Source of the DNA: Calcarisporiella thermophila CBS 279.70
Lineage: Eukaryota > Fungi > Calcarisporiellomycota
Direction: 5' to 3'
Assembly (NCBI RefSeq): GCF_041956535.1
Contig: NW_027192198.1
Coordinates: forward strand, 967,109-1,028,337
DNA length: 61,229 nucleotides
Part shown: in pieces, positions 13,086-25,093 of the stretch
How positions within the stretch are numbered: the stretch's first letter is position 1
Layout of the letters: each line of letters opens with the position of its first letter
Translations under genes and position numbers: made by a program
Notes under the pieces: model-generated
The model's database searches: none
Told to the model about the DNA's origin: nothing
Seen by the model: only the letters and a program-made list of their open reading frames with translations

Positions 13086-16000
13086 TTACAGGTCCGTGGC
13101 ATCGATAATCATCGTCGAGCTGCCGCCGCGCCGCCGAATTCGCTCCGAGCTCTTCTTCTCTCGCTGCTGCTCTTTGTACTGCTTGAGGTCCGTATGCATC
13201 TGCGCCTCCAAAAAGTTCAATTGCGCGGGCGGCAGCGGCGGGGGAAGCTGGAAGTCGGGCACGACCACGTTGGTTTGCTTCTCCTTCTTCTCCGCGTCTC
13301 TTGCAAGCTGCCCCCCGTTGGTCTTCTCGAGGATCTCGTCGATGTTAAGGCAAACCCCGGGCTCGATCGCCGTAGAGTGCGATGGGGTCTTGCACTCCAT
13401 GAACGGCTCCTTGCGGAGCACATGGTCAATGTCCACGGCCGAAAAAAATGCAACCGACTGCGCCAAAAAAAAGAAGCTTGTGGTTAGATCCGATGTTCAC
13501 AAGAGATAATGTGAAACTGGATAAAAATAATAAAAAAAAAGAATGGAGGGTTGGAGGGATGCTGCAAGCAAGCGGTTTACCTGTGGAAGATTGTCCATTC
13601 CAAGCCGGTAGCTGAACATGGCTCTGGTCCACAAATTGCTGATCTGGAGTGCTAGCGCCGTTCGATACTGGTCCTCCTCCGTCGACAGATATCGCACCTC
13701 GTCATGCACCGAGAGCATGAATCGCGCCTGAATCTGGTACCGCTTGATCAAGTGCGACATGGAGACAAGTAACAAGTGGAGATAATCCACGCCCGACGAC
13801 TGCACGACCCAGTTAATGCGCGAGGGCAAGTACTCTCCCTGGGCATTATACTGCGGCTTCAACGCATCGGTAATGGCGCAGCCGAGCACGGGTGTTCGTG
13901 GACTGGGAGATAACGCGATTTCCTCGAGGGCATTGAACATGTAACTTTCGCTGCCCCCGTGCCAAAACGGCCGTTTGAACAGGCCGCCTTTGGAGTGGTG
14001 CCTCACCCCCTTGGTGGACTCGTAGAGCGCGACGGCGCGTTCGCGCGCCGATTCGGCGTCCAGACTCGGATTGTATTGTAGCAAAATCCGCCCTGCATAG
14101 TTCACACCGGCACCATAGATTCGCGCATAGTTGAAAATCTTTGCCTTCTCTCGGCTGATCCCAAGGATGCGCGCCGTTTTCGAGTGGAGATCGGTACCCT
14201 CTGCCTTGCTTCCCTGCAGGGTCATCCAGCCTAGTGCGGTCGCGCCATGGATCCGGAACTGCGCGTCGCCAATGACACTCGAGATCCAGAGTTCCTCCGA
14301 ATCGACATCCGCTCCAACAATCTTGTAACCGGGAGGTGCGCGCACCATCGCTTTGAGCTCGGACCCAATGCGATTGGGCTTGGCATTGCTAGCCGTCAGC
14401 CAGGTTTTCTCCACCGCTCTCCGGGTAATCGTGCCCATCGTGATGATTTGGGGAAGGATCATTCCATTCTTCTTCCCCTCTCCTTCCCGCCTCGGCAGCC
14501 CCATGTTGAGACCCGCTTGTTCCCACACCACATACTGTGATTTGATTCGGTCACGTGCACTGATCCAATAGGCTGACTGTGCATTCATGTCGAGCGCTTC
14601 GCGCGCTGCCTCGTATTCGGACATGAGCGTGTTGCTTTCGAAGTGCGAAATATACCCCTTAGCCAGCGGATTGCCACAGCGTGCCCCTTCACCGTCCTTG
14701 TGGGGAACGCGGAAGTACTGCGCGTCCGTATCTTCGAAGAGTGCCGGCTCATGGTCCTTGTCGCCGGGGGGGGCAAATTTACAAGGCTTGAGCTTGGTCT
14801 CGAAATTAGAATCCTTCGGCACTCGGTAAGTCCAGCCATGCTCTTTGGAGAACACAAGAGGGAATCCATTCCACTTCAGTTTAAGAAGGATCGGGGCTAT
14901 CCGAGAGCGAGTGGTGATCTTAAGCATACCGAGCTTGTTATCATAAGAGTCCCGGTACCATTCCGGGTATCCGCGGAGAATGCGAGCTCGAGGCTTGATT
15001 GTCCAATCAAGCTGTCGCAGCCACGGATCAGACTCGACATCCTTGGAGCGCAATGCATCCTCAGCGAGCTCTTTTAATTTTGCATCCAAACGCCGGTTGA
15101 TGCGATCGTGCGCCTCCTCGGCATTCCGGATAAACCTATGCGAGTATCCTGCTTAGCACGCCCCTCAAAACAAAATGTCAAATAGACTTATGAGAACTCA
15201 CTGCTCCCACGTCTCATTCACGGTCAAAAACGAGTTCCCCATATGCAGCATCCCGGCAAACGACACCGGGTGAGGGCAGTTGTGCAGGAAGCGGGGGAGA
15301 ACCCTACAGTACACTTTGTGCGTATACTCCACGTCTTGTGCGCAGTAGTCCGTCAGCTCACGGAAGTGTTCTCGAACGTCCTCGAGCGACCCATTTACAA
15401 ACCATTCGCGCCGTGATTTGTCAATTCGCTCTTTACAGTAAAACTCCACCACCTCCTGCAGCCCATTGGTTGCGCTCACATCATAGAACTTGGTGAGTTG
15501 GTCGCGGATGTCCTGCGAAGAGAGGGTGCTGCCCTGGTCGTCCTCATCCTCCTCCTCCCTGACCGGCTTTTTTGTTTTTCGCTGCATCGATTTGTGTTCA
15601 CGCACCCACTCCGGTCGTTGCTGCGAACACAATCCGGCAACAGCGATGTGAAGACTCATTGTGTCGAGGAAACCGGTCGTCGTCTTGGTTAGTTGGTATT
15701 CCTCCAAAACACGCGCGCGATCGTAACCTACATTATGGCCGACGACAATACGCGGGATATCGCCGAGGGGTACGAGGTGTTCGCTAGTTTTGCTTTCACC
15801 TATGAGCCATGGGGATATCCATAAATACCAGGCCTCTGGGGACGCAGCACAAGCCAGCACAGGATATTGACTCTCGGGAACTAGCACCTCCACATCAAAC
15901 ACCAGCATTTCCTCCATCGGATGCTCAACGGGCACCGCCTTTCCATCGTTTGTATATTTCGTCCACCCTGACGCCATCCGCCAACGATCCGGAGTCGGCC

Positions 16001-16567
16001 TGGGAGGGAGCGAAACATCGGAAAATCGTTTGGCTAGTGTTAAGTGAGGCTCCGCCTCCTCCAATCCGACATTATAGAAGTGCTCCTCAAGATTGGTTCC
16101 ACGAAGCTCTGGTAATTTGAAGCCCAAATCTCTCACTTCCTCTGCGCGCTTTCCCCAAATTTCTTGCCGCTTGAGATGCTCAATGGAAAGCTGCTTGCGT
16201 TTCGCCAAATCCTCTATCGGCCTTGCCTGTCGTTGTGTTCCAAATATGCTTTTATGAAGAACCCGATTCAACATCTGTACATTGACAGGATTCTTAGGAC
16301 CTAAGTAGAGTTTGAAAGATAATCAAAAAGATACCATGTTATCATCGTATACAAATTAAATGATTCCGCCGCATATGAATTACTTGATGTCTTCCGTGTT
16401 GTTTCATTTCGCTTTGGAGAATTCTTAGCGGAAGCAACGGAGGCCACCTGGGTATATGCTCTGCGTTTAACATGTGCAGATAACGCGCAGCTTGGCGTTG
16501 ATTGACGGGCTAGCCGAGCGTTTCGAAGCGAAAGGGAAGAGAAAATGCAACGGCATTCAGCTTTCAT
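13086..16567 (-). CDS. MIP1: Mitochondrial DNA polymerase gamma
   Basis: Exo motifs [24 protein letters not shown]; Pol A motifs [35 protein letters not shown]; C-terminal [18 protein letters not shown]. Confidence 0.97.
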
Positions 16568-17462
16568 TCATGTAGGTTATATATTGGATGAGCAGGATTG
16601 GCCAAGTGCTGTGTGAATCTGAAAAACTTGATAGAGTATCTACAAAAGAAGAGGACCGAATATTAAGTTGTTGTTACTAGACGCTAAACGGAGCCTCAAA
16701 AATCCATCATCAATCCTTTCCCGAGCACCTGTAACTTGATTGGTCGGCCAGTCAGCAATCAGTATTCAAATGGAGAGTGACAGAAAGGACCGGCTAAGTG
16801 TTCTGGGTAAAGGTGTGTGCGAAAGCACATTTGTTCCACCCCCCGCCTGCAAATCCTTGTCAACGGTACGAGGGAATAGAGTCGTGACTTCAGTCTATCT
16901 TTCGAAGGCTGCTAGGTCATCCATACTACAGCTCGTAATTGTCGGCGAGGGCTATAGGCCATAACGCTGCTCTATCTTCACTCTACCATCCCTCCGATAT
17001 AAAAATTTAGTCAACCGTAATCGAATTGTTCCTGTCGCCATCCAGATTCCAGCACCAGTTTTCACCAAAACTTCAATACTCCTGTCTTACTGGTGAATCA
17101 GTTCAACGCCAGGCATATATCAGAGCTGGGGAAAAGGCTTCGACATCCATTGCATATTAAACAAACACCATTAATCCTTTTTTGCAATTCTGAATTTGAA
17201 TCACCTTTGTCATATTTGAACCTATAATTATAGAGATTGTATCTAGCTAATGTTTCTGCTCATCGATCTAATGTATTCGAGATGACCTTATTACATAGAC
17301 TCTATGGATTGTGGTTCAATTTGGTTTTTTCATAGATATTATTCATCTCTTCCCCCATGTTGCGGAGTCTACAAATCCTCGATTCGTGGACTGTCAATAA
17401 GAAATTAGCATAATAAATCTTCATACTTGACACCCATATTAATCACGAACGTTCTCATAAGC

Positions 17463-19137
17463 ATGCGGGAGTTTCTAGATTATTGTTTACGAAGATACTT
17501 GCGAGCATCTGGCTGGAATGAAGAGAATCAATATTCCAATTTATGTGTGGTTCCTAGAGGTAAAATTTACATCGCCGATCTCTCATGTAAACTTGCTCAT
17601 ATTTTTCTATCCACATAATATTACCCAGAATTACTTGACTTTACTATTCCATATGGACTTTCCTTCCGCATCGCAAAGAGTCCAACCTCGCTCCTGAAAT
17701 CCGCCTTCTCTATTCATGCTCTCCCTGTCCTAAATGGCTCCATCGGATACCTCTTCACCTCGCTACCTCTTAACCTCGAAACGGGAGCACCCCATCTCCG
17801 CGAGACGGATCGATTTCGGATCTTTGCTCCTCCCTCAAAGCAGAACAATCTAGAGGAGATTCAGAGAACAGACAATGGTTTGCAGCTAAACCAAATTTGC
17901 TAATGCATTTGTATTTACTAACTCATGGCGAATTAGATTATCTCATTTATGGCAGAATGTTCCTTCCAACGGGAACCTTAGAGACTCTGTATACCCGCAG
18001 AATTTCACCCCAATCACGATACTTTATCACCGCCATTAGCAATCCTCGACCCAAAGAGCCCTCTTATGTAAATTCGAATTCTTCTTTCCTCCATTCACAT
18101 CCTGTTTTATTGACGTAATGACTATGCTCCTTTTATTAATCTTGGCAGTTAACAACTCAATTGCAATACGACAATGGGAAATACTGTTCAGAACTTTTCT
18201 TCAGTACAGATGCCTATCTATTTGGTCTAAGAGGTCTCTATAATTTCGGTAAAGGCAATACACCGCGTCCCCACCTTGGAGATGACGCATCCAAGACCCA
18301 TGAGGCCATGCAAGTGAACACCGAAAGTGAGTCATCGCACGAAAGCGAAAACAGAGGCGGGGGCCAGTGGTCTGCAGGTGGTGAACTTTACTTTGCAGCT
18401 AAAGACAAGAGTGGGGGGTGTAAGTTCGCATTTCAATCTTTTCAACAGGGATACGCCTAGTCTCCCCTCCTCCGCCCCCATAATTAACTATCGATTGACT
18501 CCTGCATTGCTTTTGGCATAGTGTCACTTGGGGTTCGGTATTGCACTCGTCCTCTTCAAACCAACTCCCCGCCCATTACTGCAACTTTCACGCTCAACCC
18601 CATTGTTGGCTACCTCTCGACAACCTACAGTGCAGAGGTATCCGACCGTCTTGCGCTTTGTTCGCGATTTGATTTCAATGTGTATAGCTATGAGAGTGAT
18701 CTGGTCATGGGCATGGAGTGGAGGAGCGCTGATCCACGGTTTTCAAAAGTGGAGGAGTTAGCCGGCGGTTGGGCCGCAGACTCCATAGAGGCTTTCGAGG
18801 GGGAGAGGGATGAAAAGGCGACGCCCAGTTTAATGGAGATGGAGCCCACTAGCGAAGTGCAGGTGGTGGAGACCCCCGTCCCGCCTGAAGACAAGCGGGA
18901 TGCTAGACTTGAGAGCTTATTGAAAGCTAGAATAGGAGTAAACAAGGTAAGTTGCATTTCACTTTTGTTTTCCGATTATATTGATAGGTCGTCTAACTTT
19001 TGTGGTAGGGGCTGGCATTAATTTGGGAGGGCCGGTGGAACCGGCGCCTACTCTTTGGCCTTGGTTTAGTCGCAGATCTTTCGGATCGAAGTTCTCCTAT
19101 ACGCTCTGTTGGTTTAGAGATCCAATATTTTTCTTGA
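17463..19137 (+). CDS. MDM10: ERMES/SAM subunit Mdm10, multi-exon
   Basis: [54 protein letters not shown]-terminal GLEIQYFS*. Confidence 0.92.
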
Positions 19138-19559
19138 TCAGAAAAACTGGTCAGTAAAACAGAAAAAATAAAATAAAACACAATAAAATAGAGAACATGG
19201 TGGATACTCTACGACCCACTCCGTGTAATTGCATAATTTCTTGCCCTAACCCCTAAAACATCCATCAAGCTACAAGAATAAAAAATGAGTAAAACATGGC
19301 ATCCTTTCTTTGGCAACTCTAGCATTCCTGACCGTCAGACTACTTGATTAAAACAAGTTAAAATGGACATGACCTTAATACCCTTATCCATTAACTCTTG
19401 ACTTGATAGAGTTATTATGTGAAAAAAAAGGAGTGAAATTGGATTAATAAGACACTTTCGCCTGAACAGGTTTTGAACTAAGGTTTGCTAGTCATGAGGG
19501 CTTTGTCACCGCATTGTTGAAAGTGCTAAGGTTGTTAGAGTGAAAGAAGAAAAATTTAA

Positions 19560-19632
19560 CGCCCAACGTGGGGGTCGAACCCACAACCTTGAGATTAAGA
19601 GTCTCACGCTCTACCGATTGAGCTAGCCGGGC
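19560..19632 (-). tRNA. tRNA-Lys(CTT), copy 1
   Basis: Reverse complement GCCCGGCTAGCTCAATCGGTAGAGCGTGAGACTCTTAATCTCAAGGTTGTGGGTTCGACCCCCACGTTGGGCG; cloverleaf, anticodon CTT, downstream T-run. Confidence 0.98.
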
Positions 19633-19730
19633 GACCACGAAAATAAGGTTCAAGATTCGCTTTTGATTATAGAAAATGGATTGAAAATATTTGCGATCGA
19701 CACATAACTCATGGTATTGCCACGGGGTGG

Positions 19731-20667
19731 ACTCTACCCGACATGGACGTCACTTCAGGCGCAACGGCTCTTTAGAGCCGAACATACTGGTGCCTCAATC
19801 CTGGCCCGAGGCTGGATCTACGCCCGAAGATTGGAGGAAAATCTGGACCCTCGTTCACAAACGCCCCACTCTCTCAAAGCACCGTGCGCTACGCTGGCGA
19901 ATTCTTGTGGAACGAGTGATCACTAACTCGACATTTCCCGGTCACGACCCGAAGTGCACCCGATGCAACGCTTCGAGAGACACAATTCGCCATACATTCT
20001 TCGATTGTCCTGAACTCACGCCAGTGTGGCAATGGGCGGAGAGGTGCATCGTCACCATCGCAGGGCCCCAGAATACTCAGGTGCTGACTGCTCGCAACCT
20101 CATTTTAGGAGACCTAACGGAATCCTCGAGAACAGCGAGACACGTAGCCCAAATTGTCTTTGACTCCGTGTTATGGCAAATCCACCGAGACCGGATTGCT
20201 TTCCATTTTGAAAGCACCCGAGCCTCACCCGAAATTATCATCAACCGGGCCAGATTAAATATTGAGGAAGCTATAGGAGCCGAAATAATACGAGCACGAA
20301 AAAAACAGCAAATCGAACAGTTTCGAAAAAGGTGGTGCAAACTGGGCGCGGTTAGAGAAGGAACGATCGGAGCGGCTCTGATACTGGGAAAATGCAGTAA
20401 CCCCTAATTTATCTCCTTCCTACCCTCTACTTCCTTTTTACTCTCCACCCCATCTCTCACGTCATTCTTTGATATACACAGCTAGTTGAGTCTCACCACT
20501 CCTCTACCTTTTGAGCCGAAATCCGGCATGACCACCATTTCAATTCGTTCTAAAATATCTCCTTAAGCTTCAACATTAGTTTCCTCTTCACTTTATTGCT
20601 TCTATTAATGTAACCATTGTACTTTAGAGTCTTTACAAACAATAAAGACTCAACATTGATAAAAAAA
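19731..20667 (+). mobile_element. 5'-truncated L1-clade non-LTR retrotransposon (element T1a) with zf-RVT-like ORF2 C-terminus
   Basis: Open frame to 20407 with WRKIW...WRIL...CTRC-x7-H-x4-C zinc knuckle; pyrimidine-rich 3' UTR, AATAAA, poly(A) 20661-20667; 25-bp direct repeat AACTCATGGTATTGCCACGGGGTGG at 19706-19730 and 20666-20690. Confidence 0.88.
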
Positions 20668-20685
20668 CTCATGGTATTGCCACGG

Positions 20686-21022
20686 GGTGGTGTAAAATGG
20701 GCGCGGTGAAAGTAGGAGCTAATAGGGCGGCTGGACTGGACTGGACTGGACTGACGCAGTAGCCCCCACTACTAGCCCTTTTTCTTTCTTCATATCTCTC
20801 TCTCCATATCACCTATCAAGCGGTTCCCTAATACCCACAGTTAATTGAGCTTTTTTTCTCATCTACCCATTTGAGGAGAAAATTTGTCATGATCAACTTA
20901 TCCCGAATTGCAATACCGCGCTAATAGCTAGCTTTTCTCACATTTTATTAATTTTAATTATGTAACGATTGTATTTTAGAGTCTTATCAAACAATAAAGA
21001 CTCACTTTTGATCTAAAAAAAA
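20686..21022 (+). mobile_element. Older, shorter 5'-truncated copy of a related non-LTR element (T1b)
   Basis: Begins GGTGGTGTAAAATGGGCGCGG, homologous to 20331-20351 of T1a; shares 3' end (TGTA..GAGTCTT..AATAAAGACTC..TTGAT-polyA); TSD TCATGGTATTGCCACGG at 20669-20685 and 21023-21039; internal (CTGGA)4 expansion. Confidence 0.85.
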
Positions 21023-22070
21023 TCATGGTATTGCCACGGTTGCTTACTTCTCCTGTAACTTCTGCCAGTATCTGGCTATACCATGCACAAAGGCGCATGA
21101 TGTTTGATCTATCCTTTATATATATATTCTGTAAAAGGAGTTCAACCTCATAAAAAGGCTTGACCCGGGCGATTTCGACATTAAAATCTATTCCCAGAGG
21201 GCTACTATGTTTCTTCCTAGAGAACAGCAAACCACTTTGTTTACTAGTATAGATATATGATATTTAAAATAACAAACTACTAAGGAAGCAGATAGGAAAG
21301 AGAAAACGCTTTACAAATGTGGCTGCACCAGACTTCAATTCCAATTCTTTTTAAGTAGGCTTGGGAATGGGATCCGGTTGAAATTGACGTTAAAGTTTAT
21401 CATACTCCTCAATCACCAGTAAAGAGTCTCAATAGAACAGTTTCCCACTAAGAAAGTTCTAAGAGAAAAAGGGAGGACTATTGCCATTCTTCGCCCTTCG
21501 CCGTTTGGCTATTTCCGTAAGTTGGAAGAATGAATTAAGACTACCCTAGAGGACTCATCATTTGATACGAGTAAATGGATTTTGTTATCGGCGCCAAATT
21601 GAAAAGCAAAACCCTAAATAATATACAGTTTATATAGTCGGTGAAAAATTTAATTTTTCTTGTGAACCTCTTTTCTCTAGCCAGATTGTATCCATTGGCC
21701 TCTTAAATCGACTAGACGTAGAAGTGTCGGATCTACCTCGAGCACGGCATAAAGAAGGGAGAGGAGGGAACAATATAAGAAATCTAGATATGCATCCAGA
21801 AAGGTATGGAATTCAAGCATGTCGCTTACCTCCCGTGCATGCACTGACTATTCAAGTGGTTCCCATGCTGTTCAAAGGTTGCTCGAAACAAGCTTCCCCT
21901 ATCTTCATAGTTCAGGCTTTGGGCTCGATGTAATTAATTCAATTTGGACCGTATAAACTCGCATTCTGATGACGCAAGCAGTATTGTGTGTGCATTGCAT
22001 TTATTTTTTGGAAAAATACTTGGGTGATATAGTCAACCAACTTTATTCAATCAATTATATCACAACACAA

Positions 22071-24045
22071 ATGAACGAAAAGGAGGTCATTTCATCTCAC
22101 TTTTCCCCTCCGCCTCCTCCCCTAGATCCCGATCTTGACATTGATCTCGATTCCAACAAAGATCTTCTGAGAGAGTCTAGAGATGACCATGTGATCGATA
22201 ACGAGTCCGATAGGCGGTCTCCAAATCTGCCGCGACGACGATCTTCGCGTTCACTTTCCCCAGACAGCCGGTGGCGGCATCGCTCTCGCTCTCGTTCTCG
22301 TTCTCGTCCTCGTTCTCACTCGAGATCGCCCTCCAGAGCTCGATCTAAATCCCGGTCACGCTCTCATGATCGTGGCCGCCGTCATGATCGCTATTCCCCC
22401 TCTTCCTCCTCTAGATCATCTCAGAATTGCAGGGTCTACGTGGGAAATTTGGCTTATGGTGTGAATTGGAGGGATTTGAAAGACTTTATGCGGGAAGCTG
22501 GCGAGGTCACATTTGCTAATGTCTTGACACTCCCCAATGGAGCTTCGAAAGGATGCGGGTAAAAAAAAATTTTTTTGGGACAGTGGGATGGATGAGATGA
22601 GGATAATGGATGATTGTTGATGGTTATATCTGGTCGGGGTGTGTAGGATAGTGGAGTATAAAACGCCAGAAGATGCCCAACGCGCCATTAGGAGATTAAA
22701 TGACACTAGATTGATGGGGCGACCGATTTTTGTCCGCGAGGTCTACTCTCCTGGTGTAGCCAACGATATCTACTTGGATTTACTAACTCTTATTTTAACC
22801 TGCTGATAGGATCGTGAGGAGACGCCTCGGTTTGGTCGCACCTCTTTTGGCCAAGCGCCCGCCCCTCCTACCAATGTTCCACCCGGTTGTCAAATTTTTG
22901 TGGGAAATGTAAGTTGGGCCACCCTTCCCTTGTCCGGCCGAGACGAATGGAGCGCTCAACTCTCCTCCCTTTACCTTAGCTACCCTACTCCACCTCATGG
23001 CAAGATCTGAAGGACTATTTCCGTAGCGCTGGAAGGATAGTCCGTGCCGACATCCTGCTCGAACACACGGGGAGATCCAAGGGCGCCGGAACCGTTCTTT
23101 TCGAGAGTGTTCGAGACGCGAACAACGCAATCGGTGAGATATTGCTGTTCATCCTTCCCCGATGCTATTCGGGCGAACAGAATGCTCAAACTTCATTTTT
23201 ATTGCCAGCCATGTTCAATGGACGAGATTACAAGGGGCGCAAACTTGAGGTTCGAGAGGTAATCCATCTCTAGCCATATGGAGTGTGCGGGCATTTTACT
23301 GATGCGCTCTCTCTTTTCCTTCACATGGTTAGGATCGTTTTGCGGGGCACCCGCCACCTCGTCACGCAGGACGCTTTGGGCACGACTACAGGCCACGCGT
23401 ACCGTATGGAAATGAGCAAAACGGCGCCATGATGGATGCCGGCAATGGATATACGGCGGGCGGTGGCGCGTTTTCATATCCGACTGGTCCGGCGGGTGCG
23501 GAGCCAAGTCGACTACAAATTTATGTGCAAAATGTAAGTGGCGTTTCATTAGTGAAATTGGGCGGATGCAAGCTTAATTTTTAATTGGTATTTATTTAAC
23601 TTGGTCTAGCTGCCGTACAATACCACCGATCAGGATTTGCGTGATCTTTTCCGTGGATTTGGTAAAGATCTCTCTGGTTTTTTTTTTTTCCTCTCCTCTC
23701 TTCCCTTGCTCTGTTTTCCCCAGCCCCTCCCTCTTTCCCTTTTCCCTTTTTTGTCCCTGAGATGGAGTGGGGATTAACAACCATTCCGTGTTGGATAGGC
23801 GAGGTGGTGTTTGCCCAGGTGCTGATGCAGGGCGGCCGCCCGAAAGGGTCGGGCGTGGTAAGATTTGACTCGACGAGTGCCGCCGAGAGAGCAGTGGGTA
23901 AGTTTAGCACTAGTCAGAATTAGAGTTATATAGGACCGGAAATTAACGTCATCATTAATTGGAATTATATAATTATGAAGCTACACTACAGGGCTATACT
24001 TACGGCGGGAGGCAACTGGAATTGCACTTTGATCGCTACGGCTGA
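22071..24045 (+). CDS. SR-like triple-RRM protein (Gbp2/Hrb1 family), multi-exon
   Basis: RS-rich N-terminus; RRM1 [35 protein letters not shown]; RRM2 [20 protein letters not shown]; RRM3 ending [17 protein letters not shown]. Confidence 0.88.
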
Positions 24046-25093
24046 GGCGAACAGAGGTGGGGGGGTGTGGAGGAGGAGGGCGGGTGCGGTTGCGATTTGT
24101 GTGAGAAGGCGGCGGCGGAACGGGGATTCTTGTCAGACCTTGTTTCCGAATTTCGGGCGGACTCGCACCCTCTCTCCCCCTCCCCCCTTGGCGGCGAAGC
24201 CGTTTTCGCCCGACCTCTGACTCTGTGATGTTTGTTGATGGGTGAACAATAAAGACGAAATTAATCATGTTATGGGAGTGTAAACATTGACCGGAGAGGG
24301 GGAGGAAGGGGGTCGGGTGGCCCAGAGCCGCTACACGAGTTTGCAGGGGAAATTGAAAAAATGGAGAAAACATGTAAAACAAAGCGTATTAATTTTGCAT
24401 TCATATAACCTCAACAGGCAGTTATGTCGTCGATTTTTTTCCATTTGGTTTATTGCTGTAACACGTTAAAAATAAAAGGATCCTCTTGCATATCAACTTT
24501 TTTTTTACGCTTCCTCCTGCGTCTGCGTCTGCGTCTGGTCCTGCTCCTGCTGTTTTCTTTTTTCCACCCCCCTCCCCCCGCCGCTCTCACCTACGACTTT
24601 TGCTCACTCCTCCTTCTCTCTTTCTTTCTCTCCTAATTCATCCTTCATTTTCTTCCCTCCTGCACTTGTTCCAGTAGCCAACGCATTTCCATTCACCTAT
24701 TTCATATTTCATACCTATCTATTTTATTTCACCGTGTTTTGTTTATTATCCACGCCTGTTAATTTATTGCTCTGATTGAAATGATCCTTTGATTCATCTT
24801 GTTTCGAGACTGAAAAGGTAAAGGCTAGCCCCTCGATTAATCTTGCCCGCCTCTCGACTCAACCCCTCCTCCCCTGGTAGGACCACGTCTAGGAGATTCT
24901 TTGGCCGCTCTTTCCACCGTTTATCTATTGTTTATTTAAGCCATTTTTCTTATATAAATCTATCTATTCTCAAATTTGCAATTTATTTGTCCAAAAACAC
25001 CACCGGTCTTCTTCTTCCTTTCTGTGCAGTGCCTGCCATAGCTTTCTCTCCCCCAACATCCCCTCAAGTGCAGAGTGAATCGACACTTTCAAG

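Noticed and set aside
19691-19730. N-terminus of the 238-aa ORF as a real gene start
   Set aside because: The TTG start and first 13 codons are host/TSD sequence that happens to be in frame with the truncated element
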